Shown here: piece by piece, positions 1-10,260 of the stretch
Layout: each line of letters begins with the position of its first letter
Position numbering within the stretch: position 1 is the first letter of the stretch
NCBI GenBank assembly: GCA_015222205.1
Contig: JADFUW010000001.1
Span: 44 to 64,043, forward strand
Length of the DNA stretch: 64,000 nucleotides
Reading direction: 5' to 3'
Source of the DNA: Chloroflexota bacterium
Lineage (GTDB): Bacteria > Chloroflexota > Dehalococcoidia > Dehalococcoidales > UBA5760
Translations under genes and position numbers: made by a program
Notes under the pieces: generated by a model
Seen by the model: the letters and a program-made list of their open reading frames with translations, nothing else
The model's database searches: none
Told to the model about the DNA's origin: nothing

Positions 1-1793
1 ACGGTGTGCCATACCGGCACCCCCTCACAGCAGTCCCACGGAATGGGGTCGCCCATGCACGCAAGGTTAGGCCAAGGGGTAGAATCCTGTTCCCAGTCAA
101 TATAGCGGCCGACCATTGCCTTGCAGGAGTCGGCATCACCGTGGACGGCGATGCTGGCCAGGAGCGGGTCGCCCGATGGACCACAGCGCGGGCTTAGCGA
201 GTCATCCTCAACCATGACCACCGTGCCACCAACCGTCTCGGTAACCGAGTTGTAGGCGTCAACATAGAGGTAGATGTTCCGGGCTCCCGGGTCACTGCCG
301 TCATAGTCAGCCGGCAGGGCAAAGCCCATCATCCGCAGACCGTAGATGCACCACAGCTCCTGGCCGTCATTCTTGATTTGGACGGCGGTGGAGAAGTCAG
401 CCGAGTCGTTCCAGGTGCCGCCACTCTCCCAGATGCCTGACTGGAGATAGGGGATAGGGTCACTCGTGCTGTTAAACGCCATGCCCATAAACAGGATGGA
501 GACATCAAGGTCAAAGTTGGGGGAGAAGTCAACGGCGACGACACAAGTGGTGGAGCTGCCCATTGGGTCAACGCCGCTGTCCCAACCAGCGTAGAACGAG
601 GTGTCTTCCCAGTTGCCACTAAGCCAGGTGCCGGCTTCCAGCCGGAAGATAGTGCCGGCGTTGCTACCAGTAAAGCAGGCACCGTCATCGGCGTAACCGG
701 CGATGGCCAGGTTGTGGATGTCATCCATCTCCGGGGAGACGGCGACATCGTAAATCCTCTCCATCCAGGTGCCGTTGGCAGTATCCTGCATATCACCGGC
801 GTAGGTAAACTCGCCAGCGCCATCCTGAGAGGCGACCACGGCTGGTGCCCCGTTCCAGTCAGGATACCAGCCAAACCAGCAACCTGGACTGTATTCATAG
901 TCGCAGGGCGGCAGGTAGATGCCACCGGCCACTATCAGCCAGTCCTCGTCGTCCGGTGCTACATCAACACCGCCGTATTGGAACTGGATGAAGGGTCCGG
1001 GGAGGTTGTTTGCCTCCTGAACGGTGGCGGTGATGTCACTCCAGGTAACACCGCCGTCGTCTGACTGCCATGCCCGCGGCTCGGTGAACGAGTCAACCGG
1101 ATCACCATCCTTGGCAAGCGCAAGGCTACCAATTGTGACCGGCAGGATTTCCCATTCGTCAACACATATCGTCTTGCCGGTGGCGTCGTGGGTGCCGGCA
1201 ATGTCGCCAACTAGACCGGGAGTAACTCCCGTACCCGTGTCGCGGTATACCTTGCCGCTGAAGGTCATGGTGTCGTTATGGAGGACGGTCGGGTCTCCAT
1301 AGACTATCTCGCCGCTGACCGCCATCTCACCAGTAAAGTCGTTGACTAAGTTAGCGTAGGTGTACATGACGGCGGTGAAGTCACCATCAAGGTAACAGGC
1401 ATCACCGGTAAAGCTGCCCAAGACATCACCGACCTCATCGGAGACTCTGGTGATTTTAATCGTGCCGCTACTAATGTCAAAGCTGCCGGAAAGCCCGATG
1501 GCATTGTCGTTGTCACCGCAGGTGGCACTAACAAGGTGACTATTTATAGTACCAGAGTGACCGCCAACTACTTCACCCAGGGCATAGACGATATCGCCAT
1601 CATCGCTGCCGATGGCGTAGTCAAAGATGTCAGAGCCGGGGGCGATAACCTCGTCCTCCCAGCTGGGGGTGGTTACCTCAGCCCACTCCATCTCGCCCTG
1701 AGCGCCGACGGGTAGGGCTGCCAACCCCAGGCTAAGGACAACCGCTATTGATAGCCCCCAGCCCAGAAGTTTAGATATTCTTTTAGTTTTCAC
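1..1793 (-). CDS. Large secreted surface/S-layer-like protein (5' part; runs off the window edge)
   Basis: Absent from the ORF track because no stop falls in the window. GTG at 1793 follows AAGGAGG and reads MKTKRISKLLGWGLSIAVVLSLGLAALPVGAQGEMEWAEVTTPSWED... (signal peptide, acidic). The same frame reads ...DPIPWDCCEGVPVWHT at the edge. Not every intermediate codon was checked. Confidence 0.75.
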   Translation of the reverse strand, partial: MKTKRISKLLGWGLSIAVVLSLGLAALPVGAQGEMEWAEVTTPSWEDEVIAPGSDIFDYAIGSDDGDIVYALGEVVGGHSGTINSHLVSATCGDNDNAIGLSGSFDISSGTIKITRVSDEVGDVLGSFTGDACYLDGDFTAVMYTYANLVNDFTGEMAVSGEIVYGDPTVLHNDTMTFSGKVYRDTGTGVTPGLVGDIAGTHDATGKTICVDEWEILPVTIGSLALAKDGDPVDSFTEPRAWQSDDGGVTWSDITATVQEANNLPGPFIQFQYGGVDVAPDDEDWLIVAGGIYLPPCDYEYSPGCWFGWYPDWNGAPAVVASQDGAGEFTYAGDMQDTANGTWMERIYDVAVSPEMDDIHNLAIAGYADDGACFTGSNAGTIFRLEAGTWLSGNWEDTSFYAGWDSGVDPMGSSTTCVVAVDFSPNFDLDVSILFMGMAFNSTSDPIPYLQSGIWESGGTWNDSADFSTAVQIKNDGQELWCIYGLRMMGFALPADYDGSDPGARNIYLYVDAYNSVTETVGGTVVMVEDDSLSPRCGPSGDPLLASIAVHGDADSCKAMVGRYIDWEQDSTPWPNLACMGDPIPWDCCEGVPVWHT

Positions 1794-2055
1794 GATATTT
1801 GATTAATCCTCCTTTAGAATAGTTCCTGCTCTCCACAAATACAAAACTAGGAACCTCAGTTCCCTCTTTCCTGTGAGAGCAAGGTTAAGTTCTTGTTTTT
1901 CCGTAAGTGCCCTATCAGGCTTTCCCCTTCAGGACGAATCCTAAGAACCGTAATTCTCAAGCCCCCCTCCGGGACTCTGTCATCACACCACCCCCTTTCT
2001 ATGCTTGCATTATACCACACCACAGCCTGTCAACAGGCGTGCTAGATATGAAACC

Positions 2056-2083
2056 ACTATAACATAAATTATCCATTTGTCAA
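2056..2083 (-). promoter_or_regulatory. Sigma70-type promoter for the surface protein gene
   Basis: TTGACA-16 bp-TATAGT on the minus strand; a second TGG-TATAAT lies at about 2009-2017. Confidence 0.45.
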
Positions 2084-2205
2084 TACCCTTTCTCACCCAT
2101 ATGGTTAGTACCCCGGTTCTTTTGGCTCTATCCTTTTTACTTTACCAGCGTTATAATACATAGAGCTAAGCTAAAATATCACTACTTAATATAACGGGGG
2201 GTACT

Positions 2206-3075
2206 ATGAAGAGGTTAGCTTTAATAATGATAGCCATGTTATCTATTTGCCCGCTGATTGTTACCGGCTTTAATGGCTGTGAGGGTGAGCCATCATATTA
2301 CGGGGGTGAGGGCTACGAACCGATGCCTGCCCCAATGCCAGCCATGCCACCAGAAGAGAAAGCAGCAATGCCGGGGATGGAGGGCTTTCCTGAGGACAGG
2401 GATATGACCATACCAACAGAACGGATGATAGTCCGCAATGGGGACATATCACTGGTGGTGGAGGATGTACCTACCGCCCGGGATGAGATAGAGCAGCTGG
2501 CAGTAGGGCTTGGTGGCTGGGTGGTAGACTCCAACATCTATGGTGAGGAGGAGACGAGGGGGTGGATATCTATTCGTGTCCCCAGTGAGAAGTTTGACCA
2601 GGCACTAACCGAGCTCAGGGCACTGGCAGTAAGGGTGACCTCAGAGAGCACCAGCACCCAGGATATAACCGAAGAGTATGTTGACCTTGAGTCCCGGCTG
2701 CGGAACGCTGAGGCAACCGAGGACCAATATCTAGCCCTCCTGGGAAAAGCCGAGGAGGTAGAGGACATCCTCAGCATCTATGAAGCGCTGTCCCGGATAC
2801 GCTATGAGATAGAGCAAATCAAGGGCCGGATGCAATATCTGGAGCAGAGATCAGCCATGAGCCTGATTTCGGTAAGCCTCGCTCCGGAGGTCAGCCTCGG
2901 GCCGTTGGTGCCTCCCGGGTGGAGTGCTAGTGAGTCGCTTAACTCTGCTATCCGCGGGCTGACGACCTTCGGGCAGGGGCTGGGAACAGCGTTTATCTGG
3001 ATTGGTATCTTCAGCCCGATATGGGGAACGATACTCGGTGTTACTTACTGGCGTCGCCGCAGGAGAAAGGTTTAG
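2206..3075 (+). CDS. DUF4349-domain membrane protein
   Basis: RMIVRNGDISL...IRVPSEKFD...QDITEEYVDLESRL pattern, N-terminal signal and C-terminal TM helix. Confidence 0.8.
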   Translation: MKRLALIMIAMLSICPLIVTGFNGCEGEPSYYGGEGYEPMPAPMPAMPPEEKAAMPGMEGFPEDRDMTIPTERMIVRNGDISLVVEDVPTARDEIEQLAVGLGGWVVDSNIYGEEETRGWISIRVPSEKFDQALTELRALAVRVTSESTSTQDITEEYVDLESRLRNAEATEDQYLALLGKAEEVEDILSIYEALSRIRYEIEQIKGRMQYLEQRSAMSLISVSLAPEVSLGPLVPPGWSASESLNSAIRGLTTFGQGLGTAFIWIGIFSPIWGTILGVTYWRRRRRKV

Positions 3076-3347
3076 TCTTTATGTAGCAGTCGCTTGAGCA
3101 GTTCTTCCTGGCTCAAGCCACTAGCCACTACTGTCTTATTACGGCTGGTATGTCCCCTGGTGATAGTAAGCGCCCCCTGGCTGATACCCAAAAGCTGACT
3201 GAGAAAGGCTAACAGCTCCCTGTTGGCTTTACCCTTAACCGGCGGTGCCGATATCCTTACCCGTAGCATCCCCTCAGTAAAGCCGAGCAGCTCATTCCTG
3301 GGGGCGTCGGGGTAAACCCGTAGTGAAATCTTGGCTTCGTTTCTCAA
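3072..3347 (-). CDS. DUF167 (YggU-like) protein
   Basis: LRVRISAPPVKGKANRELL...GHTSRNK motif. Confidence 0.85.
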   Translation of the reverse strand: MRNEAKISLRVYPDAPRNELLGFTEGMLRVRISAPPVKGKANRELLAFLSQLLGISQGALTITRGHTSRNKTVVASGLSQEELLKRLLHKD

Positions 3348-3371
3348 AGCAGATGAAGTAAGCGTGGCTGC

Positions 3372-3563
3372 TTACTGATACTCGCCTTTACCCTGATTGG
3401 TGTTAAAGGCGATAGAGCCTAGAAGAAAAACTCCGGCTAGAATAAACCAGAACATCCAGGTGAGTTCGGCGCTCAGTAGGGGAATTACGCCTCCGGCAGT
3501 GAGACCACCTATCACGGCACATATACCACCGAGGATACCGAAGATTAAGCCTGCTGTTTGCAT
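3372..3563 (-). CDS. Small two-TM membrane protein
   Basis: Two hydrophobic segments; AAGGAGG RBS. Confidence 0.65.
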   Translation of the reverse strand: MQTAGLIFGILGGICAVIGGLTAGGVIPLLSAELTWMFWFILAGVFLLGSIAFNTNQGKGEYQ

Positions 3564-3746
3564 TAACGAGACCTCCTTCTTATTTGGCAGCTAAATATTT
3601 TGGAATAGTTTTAGCTTTATTTTATCCCGTGATTCTTATATACTAATATACCCAAAGACTAAGTAGATAATAACACGAATTTGGCAAGTAGTCTATACCT
3701 TTCACCCTGAAATTAGGGAAAAGTTGCCTGTCTAAAGGGGAAAGAC

Positions 3747-4238
3747 TTGTCCCAAGCTGTAAGCAGTCTAGCGCAAGAGGTGGGAAATCTACTCCGCCAG
3801 AGGGGGCTAACCCTGGGGTTGGTGGAATCAGCCACTGGCGGGCTCTTGTCCCATCTGATAACTAATGCCCCTGGTAGCTCGGACTACTATAAGGGTTCGG
3901 TTACCGCCTATAGCAATGCGGTTAAGATTAAAGTAGTTGGGGTTAACGAGGATGCCATTAATAAATATGGTGTCGTTAGCTCCCAGGTAGCTAAGGAAAT
4001 GGCACAGGGCGGTAGGAAAGTGCTAGCCACCGATATATGCTTGGCTGATACCGGCATTGCTGGCCCTAGTGGGGCTACCCTGGAGAAACCGGTTGGGCTG
4101 TTCTACATTGGGTTATCTCATAAAGCCGGGACTTATTCTCAGAAGCATAATTTCTATGGAAACCGGGAGCAAAACAAGCTAGACGCTGCCAACACCGCCC
4201 TAAGATGGTTAAAAGAATACCTGCTAAGCCTGAAATAA
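3747..4238 (+). CDS. CinA C-terminal domain / NMN amidohydrolase (PncC-like)
   Basis: ESATGGLLSHLIT...PGSSDYY...TGIAGPSGAT..KPVGL. Confidence 0.85.
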   Translation: MSQAVSSLAQEVGNLLRQRGLTLGLVESATGGLLSHLITNAPGSSDYYKGSVTAYSNAVKIKVVGVNEDAINKYGVVSSQVAKEMAQGGRKVLATDICLADTGIAGPSGATLEKPVGLFYIGLSHKAGTYSQKHNFYGNREQNKLDAANTALRWLKEYLLSLK

Positions 4239-4245
4239 ATTAGTT

Positions 4246-4770
4246 TTAGTCAGCTAATGTTACGAAATCTTCTAGTCTTTGATATGCCACTTTAACTATT
4301 TGCTCTATATCTTCCTCCTTCATATCAAGCAGTTCCTTTGTTTGTTTGGTCAGGATAGAACTTACAAGGGCTTGTTGTATAGTTTTTCTTGCTTCCTCGT
4401 TGGTAATAGCAACAGCCAAAGGTAATAATTCTGTAAGTGTTTTACGCATATTGCTAATTTCTATCCCACGCTGAAGCTCTTCCAACATCTCTACATCTCT
4501 CAATGATTCTTGTTTTAAGATACCTTGCTCTTTAGCTTTGAATAGAACATCTACATATTCACGAAATGCTAGGTTGGCTTGGATTTCATTTAAGGCCGTT
4601 CTAACTGGTGCGATTATGTTTTCCCTATATTTTCTTCTTGCCTCTCTTATCTCCTGCTCCCTTTCGAGTTCTTGTCTTTTAGCCTCCCTTCTCGATTGTA
4701 TGTGCTGTACACCTAGCATTCCAGCAAGCACCAGGGCTGCCGGTATTGTTGCAAGTAATATATCATTCAT
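4246..4770 (-). CDS. Hypothetical protein with N-terminal TM and coiled coil (AT-rich, accessory)
   Basis: 174-aa ORF with GGAGG RBS; visibly lower GC. Confidence 0.6.
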   Translation of the reverse strand: MNDILLATIPAALVLAGMLGVQHIQSRREAKRQELEREQEIREARRKYRENIIAPVRTALNEIQANLAFREYVDVLFKAKEQGILKQESLRDVEMLEELQRGIEISNMRKTLTELLPLAVAITNEEARKTIQQALVSSILTKQTKELLDMKEEDIEQIVKVAYQRLEDFVTLAD

Positions 4771-4825
4771 GTCTCACCTCCACTATAGTGTTTCACTATA
4801 GAGTATATAACGAGGTTGCTTATTA

Positions 4826-4915
4826 AGGAAGGGGTGTTTAAGAGGGGCGCTAGTCCCTCTTCCTAAATTCATTCCCCCTCTCCTTGAAAGGAGAGGGGGA
4901 CAAAGGGGGTGAGGT
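4826..4915. repeat. REP-like double-hairpin repeat
   Basis: ccccctctcctt-ga-aaggagaggggg palindrome at 4874-4899; close copy at 35511-35555. Confidence 0.75.
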
Positions 4916-4996
4916 AGATAAGTGAGTTTAATTGCCAGCGCCGTCTATCAATGCTATACTTTGGCACAGGTTATAAGCTAGAAGGGAAGATTTTAT

Positions 4997-5719
4997 ATGA
5001 AAAGGGTTGATGGGCGCGCCTATGATGAAATGCGGCCGATAAGAATAATACCCGGCTACCAGGACTTTGCTGAAGGCTCAGCACTGATAGAGATAGGCAA
5101 GACCCGGGTGCTGTGTTCAGCGAGTGTTGAGGAGAGAGTGCCCCCTTTTCTTAGGGGTGGGGGTAGTGGCTGGGTTACGGCTGAATATGCCATGCTACCC
5201 CGCTCCACCGTTACCCGCAGCCCCCGTGATTCCTCATTGGGGAGGATTGGTGGTAGAAGTCAGGAGATACAACGCCTTATTGGGCGCTCGCTACGGGCCG
5301 TAACCGACCTTGTGGCACTGGGCGAAAGAACTTTAATAGTTGATTGTGATGTGCTTCAGGCTGATGGTGGCACCAGAACGGCGGCTATCACTGGTGCTTA
5401 TGTCGCCCTGTATCAAGCACTGCAGACCCTGGCTAATATGGGGATAATATCGTCAATACCCTTGAAGACGGCAGTGGCGGCTACCAGCGTGGGCATCGTG
5501 CATAGCTATATGATGTTAGACCTGTGCTACGACGAAGACTGCAATGCTGGGGTTGACTTTAATGTAGCTATGACGGGTAAGGGTGAGTTTGTTGAGATTC
5601 AGGGGACAGCGGAAGCTAAACCTTTCTCCAAAGAAGTTGTCGATTCTCTCCTCTCTTTAGCCGAAAAGGGCATCAAGCAACTATTTCAAGTTCAAAAAGA
5701 GGCGCTCAAGATAGGTTGA
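4997..5719 (+). CDS. rph: Ribonuclease PH
   Basis: [41 protein letters not shown]. Confidence 0.97.
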   Translation: MKRVDGRAYDEMRPIRIIPGYQDFAEGSALIEIGKTRVLCSASVEERVPPFLRGGGSGWVTAEYAMLPRSTVTRSPRDSSLGRIGGRSQEIQRLIGRSLRAVTDLVALGERTLIVDCDVLQADGGTRTAAITGAYVALYQALQTLANMGIISSIPLKTAVAATSVGIVHSYMMLDLCYDEDCNAGVDFNVAMTGKGEFVEIQGTAEAKPFSKEVVDSLLSLAEKGIKQLFQVQKEALKIG

Positions 5720-5724
5720 GGCAG

Positions 5725-6999
5725 TTACGGTCTTACCTGTCCGCTGCCAAAGATAATCCACTTATAGGTGGTTAGCTCTTTTAGTCCTAGCGGGCCTCGA
5801 GCATGTAGCTTCTGAGTGCTGATGCCAACCTCAGCCCCCAAGCCAAACTGACTACCATCGGTGAACCGGGTGCTGGCATTAACATAGACACAGGCTGCAT
5901 CCACCTCATTAAGAAAGCGCATGGCGGCTTCATATTCCTCAGTAACAATAGCCTCGGAATGCCCGGAGCCATAGCGCTCAATGTGCTCCAGTGCCTCATC
6001 CAGAGAATCTACCACCTTTATAGCAGCCGCTAGCGATAGAAATTCCTTGCCCCAATCCTTATCTATCGCTGGGACAAGCTTCAGAGAAGGCTGTGGCTTA
6101 AGGATATCTAGAGCTCGCTCATCACAGTGCATCTCTACCCCCGCTTTTGCCCATTCCGCAGCCACCAACGGTAGATAGCGCTCGGCAATATCAGCATGAA
6201 CCAGCAGGGTATCTAAAGCGTTGCAAACAGTGGGGCGCTGCACCTTGGCGTTAAAGGCTATTGCCACTGCCTTATTCAAATCGGCACTCCGGTCTATGTA
6301 GGTATGGCAGACACCAATGCCACCGCTAACCACCGGCATAGCCGCATTTTCGGTAACGAATTTTATCAGTCCGGCACCACCGCGAGGGATAATCAAGTCG
6401 ATAATACCACCCATTTTAAGCAGGTGATTTACTAGGGTTCGGTCGGTATTCTCAATGAACTGCACAGCGCCATCAGGAACCTCGGCTCTAGCTATCGCCT
6501 CCTGAACTACCTTGGCTAGGGCATTGTTGGAGTGAACTGCCTCCTTACCCCCTCGTAAGATGATGGCATTACCTGATTTCAGACACAGGGCAGAGATGTC
6601 TATGGTAACATTGGGTCGGCTTTCATAGATGGCACCGATTACCCCTAAGGGAACCCGTTTCCTACCGAGCTGTAAGCCATTGGGCAGGGTGCGCATGTCA
6701 AATACCTCGCCCACCGGGTCAGGAAGGGCGGCCACCGCCAGCACATCCTGTGCCATGGACTCAAGACGGTCAGTGGAGAGCATTAAGCGGTCAAGCATGG
6801 CAGTACCCATACCTTGGGTCTCACCTTCCCGGTAATCAGTCTGATTAGCTGTCAGTATCCTGTTTTTCTTAGCCAGAAGGTCGCTAGCAATATTACGCAG
6901 TGCGTTATTCTTGACCTCAGAGGGAAGGTAAGCCATGCGGCGAGAGGCTGCTTTTGCTGCCTTGCCCTTTGCTTCAAGTTCCTCAATAGGTGATTTCGT
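5725..6999 (-). CDS. proA: Gamma-glutamyl phosphate reductase
   Basis: VPLGVIGAIYESRPNVT, VCNALDTLL, NASTRFTDG.QFGLGAEVGISTQKLHARGP. Start placed at ACG 6999 after AAGGAG; the ORF-track start at 7056 lies inside a REP-like repeat. Confidence 0.95.
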   Translation of the reverse strand, partial: TKSPIEELEAKGKAAKAASRRMAYLPSEVKNNALRNIASDLLAKKNRILTANQTDYREGETQGMGTAMLDRLMLSTDRLESMAQDVLAVAALPDPVGEVFDMRTLPNGLQLGRKRVPLGVIGAIYESRPNVTIDISALCLKSGNAIILRGGKEAVHSNNALAKVVQEAIARAEVPDGAVQFIENTDRTLVNHLLKMGGIIDLIIPRGGAGLIKFVTENAAMPVVSGGIGVCHTYIDRSADLNKAVAIAFNAKVQRPTVCNALDTLLVHADIAERYLPLVAAEWAKAGVEMHCDERALDILKPQPSLKLVPAIDKDWGKEFLSLAAAIKVVDSLDEALEHIERYGSGHSEAIVTEEYEAAMRFLNEVDAACVYVNASTRFTDGSQFGLGAEVGISTQKLHARGPLGLKELTTYKWIIFGSGQVRP

Positions 7000-7023
7000 G
7001 ATATTTACTCCTTTTTGTATAGT

Positions 7024-7100
7024 GGCCTCTCCCCTTTTATTAAGGGAAAAGGGCATTGCTTATGTAAGAGAGACTCCGCCCCTCTTCAACTCCCCTTCAA
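7024..7100. repeat. Degenerate REP-like repeat
   Basis: cctctccccttttattaagggaaaaggg...agagagactccgcccctct. Confidence 0.5.
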
Positions 7101-7269
7101 ATTTATCCTCGGGCAAGGATAATAGTTTTGAGAAGGACGAAGCCCTCTATAATATTCCCTTAACTATTACCCCATTACCCCCAAAATAAGGAGGAAACGA
7201 GGGTGATTTGCTAGCGGACTTTTTGACAACTATTTATCAAGGTCTAATCTCTCGTGGCTAGCTAACAGG

Positions 7270-8550
7270 TTAAGGATACAGTCCCCTGATTGTCATAGCG
7301 TCTTCTATTCGCTTTATCGCCACTAGGTAGGCAGCATCTCTCATATCTGTTTTATCACGCTGGCTAGCTTCTAGTATCTCGTTGAAGGCACTATTCATCA
7401 CTACCTCTAGCTTGCAGTTTACCTCCTCTTCACTCCAGAAGAAGGACTGTAGCCCTTGTACCCACTCAAAGTATGATACTACCACCCCACCGGCGTTAGC
7501 TAGGATGTCAGGAATAACGAACTGGCCGTTCTTAAAGAGAATCTTGTCAGCTTCAGGGGTGGTTGGGCCATTGGCGCCTTCTACAATCATCTTTGCTTTG
7601 ATAGATGAGACGTTGTCGGCACGTATTTCGCCTTCAAGAGCAGCCGGGACCAACATGTCGCACTCCAGTGCCAAAAGCTCAGCGTGGGTTATGGTTTTGG
7701 TATCCTTAAAGCCAACTACGGAGCCGGTTTCCTTTTTGTGACGGATTACGGCTTCTACATCTAGACCCTTCGGGTTATAAATGCCGCCCTTGGTGTCGCT
7801 TACGGCTATGATTTTGCAGCCTTCTCTGGCTAAAAGCATAGCGGACACGGAGCCGACATTACCGAAACCCTGGACGGCTACTGTAGCCCCCTTAAAGTTT
7901 ATGCCCAGGTGTTTGGCACCCATCTTGGCGACGAGCATACAGCCGCGGCCGGTTGCCTCACCCCTGCCCTTACTACCACCTATGCTGAGAGGTTTGCCGG
8001 TAACTACACCCAGAATAGAGTAGCCCTTAGTCATGCTGTAGGTGTCCATAACCCAGGCCATCACCTGGGGGTTTGTGCCGACATCGGGCGCTGGGATATC
8101 CCTTTCTGGACCGATTATGAGCGAGATTTCATTGGTGTAGCGTCGGGTTAATCTCTCGAGTTCGCCTAGAGACATGGTCTTCGGGTTACAAATAACCGAC
8201 CCCTTGGCTCCGCCATAGGGTATGTTGACGACGGCCGTTTTTAGTGACATCCAGGTGGCTAGGGCCTTGGTTTCATCCAGGTTAACATCTGGGTGGAAAC
8301 GAATCCCGCCCTTGGCTGGTCCCCGAATGTCGCTGTGCTGAACCCGGTAGCCGGTAAAGACTTTTATCTCCCCATCATCCATTCTTACCGGAAAGTGGAC
8401 GGTAAGCTCACGCTGGCATTCCCTGATTCTTAGGCGGGCAGCTTCGGGAATGTTACCCCTTTTACAGATAGTATCAATTCGTTGTTGTACCATTTCAAAG
8501 GGGTTAGTTGTTTCACCTGTTGCCCCCACGGTCTGCGTCTGTTTAGACAT
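7270..8550 (-). CDS. gdhA: Glu/Leu/Phe/Val dehydrogenase (glutamate dehydrogenase)
   Basis: GPAKGGIRFHP, PYGGAKG, DIPAPDVGT, QGFGNVG, PDILANAGGVVVSYFEWVQ. Confidence 0.95.
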   Translation of the reverse strand: MSKQTQTVGATGETTNPFEMVQQRIDTICKRGNIPEAARLRIRECQRELTVHFPVRMDDGEIKVFTGYRVQHSDIRGPAKGGIRFHPDVNLDETKALATWMSLKTAVVNIPYGGAKGSVICNPKTMSLGELERLTRRYTNEISLIIGPERDIPAPDVGTNPQVMAWVMDTYSMTKGYSILGVVTGKPLSIGGSKGRGEATGRGCMLVAKMGAKHLGINFKGATVAVQGFGNVGSVSAMLLAREGCKIIAVSDTKGGIYNPKGLDVEAVIRHKKETGSVVGFKDTKTITHAELLALECDMLVPAALEGEIRADNVSSIKAKMIVEGANGPTTPEADKILFKNGQFVIPDILANAGGVVVSYFEWVQGLQSFFWSEEEVNCKLEVVMNSAFNEILEASQRDKTDMRDAAYLVAIKRIEDAMTIRGLYP

Positions 8551-8622
8551 TTTTGAACTTCACCACCCTTTCTAATTATTTTTTGTTTCTTCTTATTATA
8601 GCAAGGGTATGTCTACGATGAC

Positions 8623-8710
8623 AACCCTATCCCCTTTATCCCCTTCCCCTTGATAAGGGGAAGGGGAAGTATTTTAGAGAGGGACTTCGCCCCTCTAGCA
8701 CCCCTTTTAA
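8623..8710. repeat. REP-like double-hairpin repeat
   Basis: accctatcccctttatcccccttccccttgataaggggaagggg...; near-identical copy at about 46836-46918. Confidence 0.8.
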
Positions 8711-8726
8711 TGCCCCTCTCACCCCC

Positions 8727-10205
8727 TTAGCCCATAGATAGCTGTTCTCCTTCCTTCTTAGAAACGCTAGGTGCTTTAGCAAAGGTTACACTGGTCTGGG
8801 TCTGTGGGGGCATATCAACTGTCTTACCCTGTAAAAGCTCCTCTATGGTGAATATCTGTATCTTTGGGTAGTCCTTATCATAGACTGGTGAGTGATAGTA
8901 GCCAGCATCAACTGCCTCAACCTTCATCGGGCTGGTAGGTGGCTCAAGGGTGATAAAGACACCTATGGCATCATTGGCAGCCACTGCCTTGAGTTCCCGA
9001 ACAGCGTTTACCCCAACATGCCCACTCTTAACCTGAACCACTACTCGCTTCGGCTTACCACTCGCTTCATCTATAAAGTGAATAACCCCGTCAATACCCT
9101 TATCTGCCCCCTTCTTCTTCTCACCGAGGGGTCTGGCTCCAATCTTGCCCAGCGCCCACCACTGGAACTGATAGCGTCCGTCAGGTTGATGGTGAGCCAG
9201 AGCCTTAGCTCCAGCCAAGTCCACCGGCTCACCAATAACCTCGGCTTTAATGCCAAAGCTATCCTTCAAGCGATTACGCATCAGGTTAATAGCTAGGTGG
9301 GTAATATCAATGCCTATCCAGCGCCTATTCAGCTTCTGGGCAGCGACTACCGCTGTCCCGCAGCCACAGAAGGGGTCAAGGACAACATCCCCCTCGTTGG
9401 AGCTTGCTTTAATAATGCGCTCCAAGAGAGCAAGCGGTTTCTGGGTTTCATAACCAAGACGCTCCTGCGCGTTACCTTGTATCATAGAAATTTGCCACCA
9501 ATCCTCGGGACACTTGCCACCCGCTGGTAAAACTCTTTCACTTATCCCTTTCGTCACCTTGCTTGTTGCGACTGAGTATTTACCTCTCTCAAGTGTACTT
9601 TGTGAATATGGAATGCGAATAGGGTCTACATTAAACATCCAAGTCTTGTTGCTCTTGGAATACCAGAAAATAGTGTCATGAGTTCTCGGAAGTTGCCTTT
9701 GATGTTTAGTTCCTGGCCTAGTGTAAGCCCACACAATCTCATTTCTAAAGTTTGCTGGCCCAAATATCTGGTCTAGCACCAGCTTCAAGTAGTGGCTGGC
9801 GGTGGGGTCGCAGTGGAGGTAGAGAGCGCCGGTATCTCTGAGAACCCGGTGGAGTTCTATTAGCCTTGCTGTCATCATCACTAGATATGCCATAACATCG
9901 TTACTACCTATGGTATCGTGCAGAGCACCAATTAACTTACCCACCTTCAGCGGTCCATTAACCACTACATCGTGATAGGTATTCTCTGCCGTCTGCGTCC
10001 AGTGCCAGGTATCGGTGAAGGCTTTTATCTGAGCTTCAGACTCCATCCCGCTGTTCTCTTTGAACAGGATGTTATAGTCCTTCTTACTGTTAAAAGGGGG
10101 GTCTAGGTAGATGAGGTCAATAGAGTTATCGGGGAAATATTCGTGGTTTCGTAATATTTCTAGATTATCGCCAAAGTAAAGGACATTAGTCTTTATTGTA
10201 TCCAT
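8727..10205 (-). CDS. N6A/N4C DNA methyltransferase fused to an Mrr-like endonuclease domain
   Basis: LIYLDPPFNS, TQKPLALLERII, VLDPFCGCGT; C-terminal D.GIDG...VQVKSG. Start at MDTIKTN. Confidence 0.9.
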   Translation of the reverse strand: MDTIKTNVLYFGDNLEILRNHEYFPDNSIDLIYLDPPFNSKKDYNILFKENSGMESEAQIKAFTDTWHWTQTAENTYHDVVVNGPLKVGKLIGALHDTIGSNDVMAYLVMMTARLIELHRVLRDTGALYLHCDPTASHYLKLVLDQIFGPANFRNEIVWAYTRPGTKHQRQLPRTHDTIFWYSKSNKTWMFNVDPIRIPYSQSTLERGKYSVATSKVTKGISERVLPAGGKCPEDWWQISMIQGNAQERLGYETQKPLALLERIIKASSNEGDVVLDPFCGCGTAVVAAQKLNRRWIGIDITHLAINLMRNRLKDSFGIKAEVIGEPVDLAGAKALAHHQPDGRYQFQWWALGKIGARPLGEKKKGADKGIDGVIHFIDEASGKPKRVVVQVKSGHVGVNAVRELKAVAANDAIGVFITLEPPTSPMKVEAVDAGYYHSPVYDKDYPKIQIFTIEELLQGKTVDMPPQTQTSVTFAKAPSVSKKEGEQLSMG

Positions 10206-10260
10206 AAACTTAGTCTCACCCTCAAACCTTTTAATACCACCGCCTTGCTTATCAGGAGTT

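Noticed and set aside
6-1534. Short ORF-track calls in the first 1.5 kb
   Set aside because: Alternative-frame shadows of the long minus-strand surface-protein gene
1850-1863. GGAAC-CTCA-GTTCC as a LexA box
   Set aside because: Lies in a probable structured 5' UTR far from the promoter, with non-consensus flanks; more likely a hairpin
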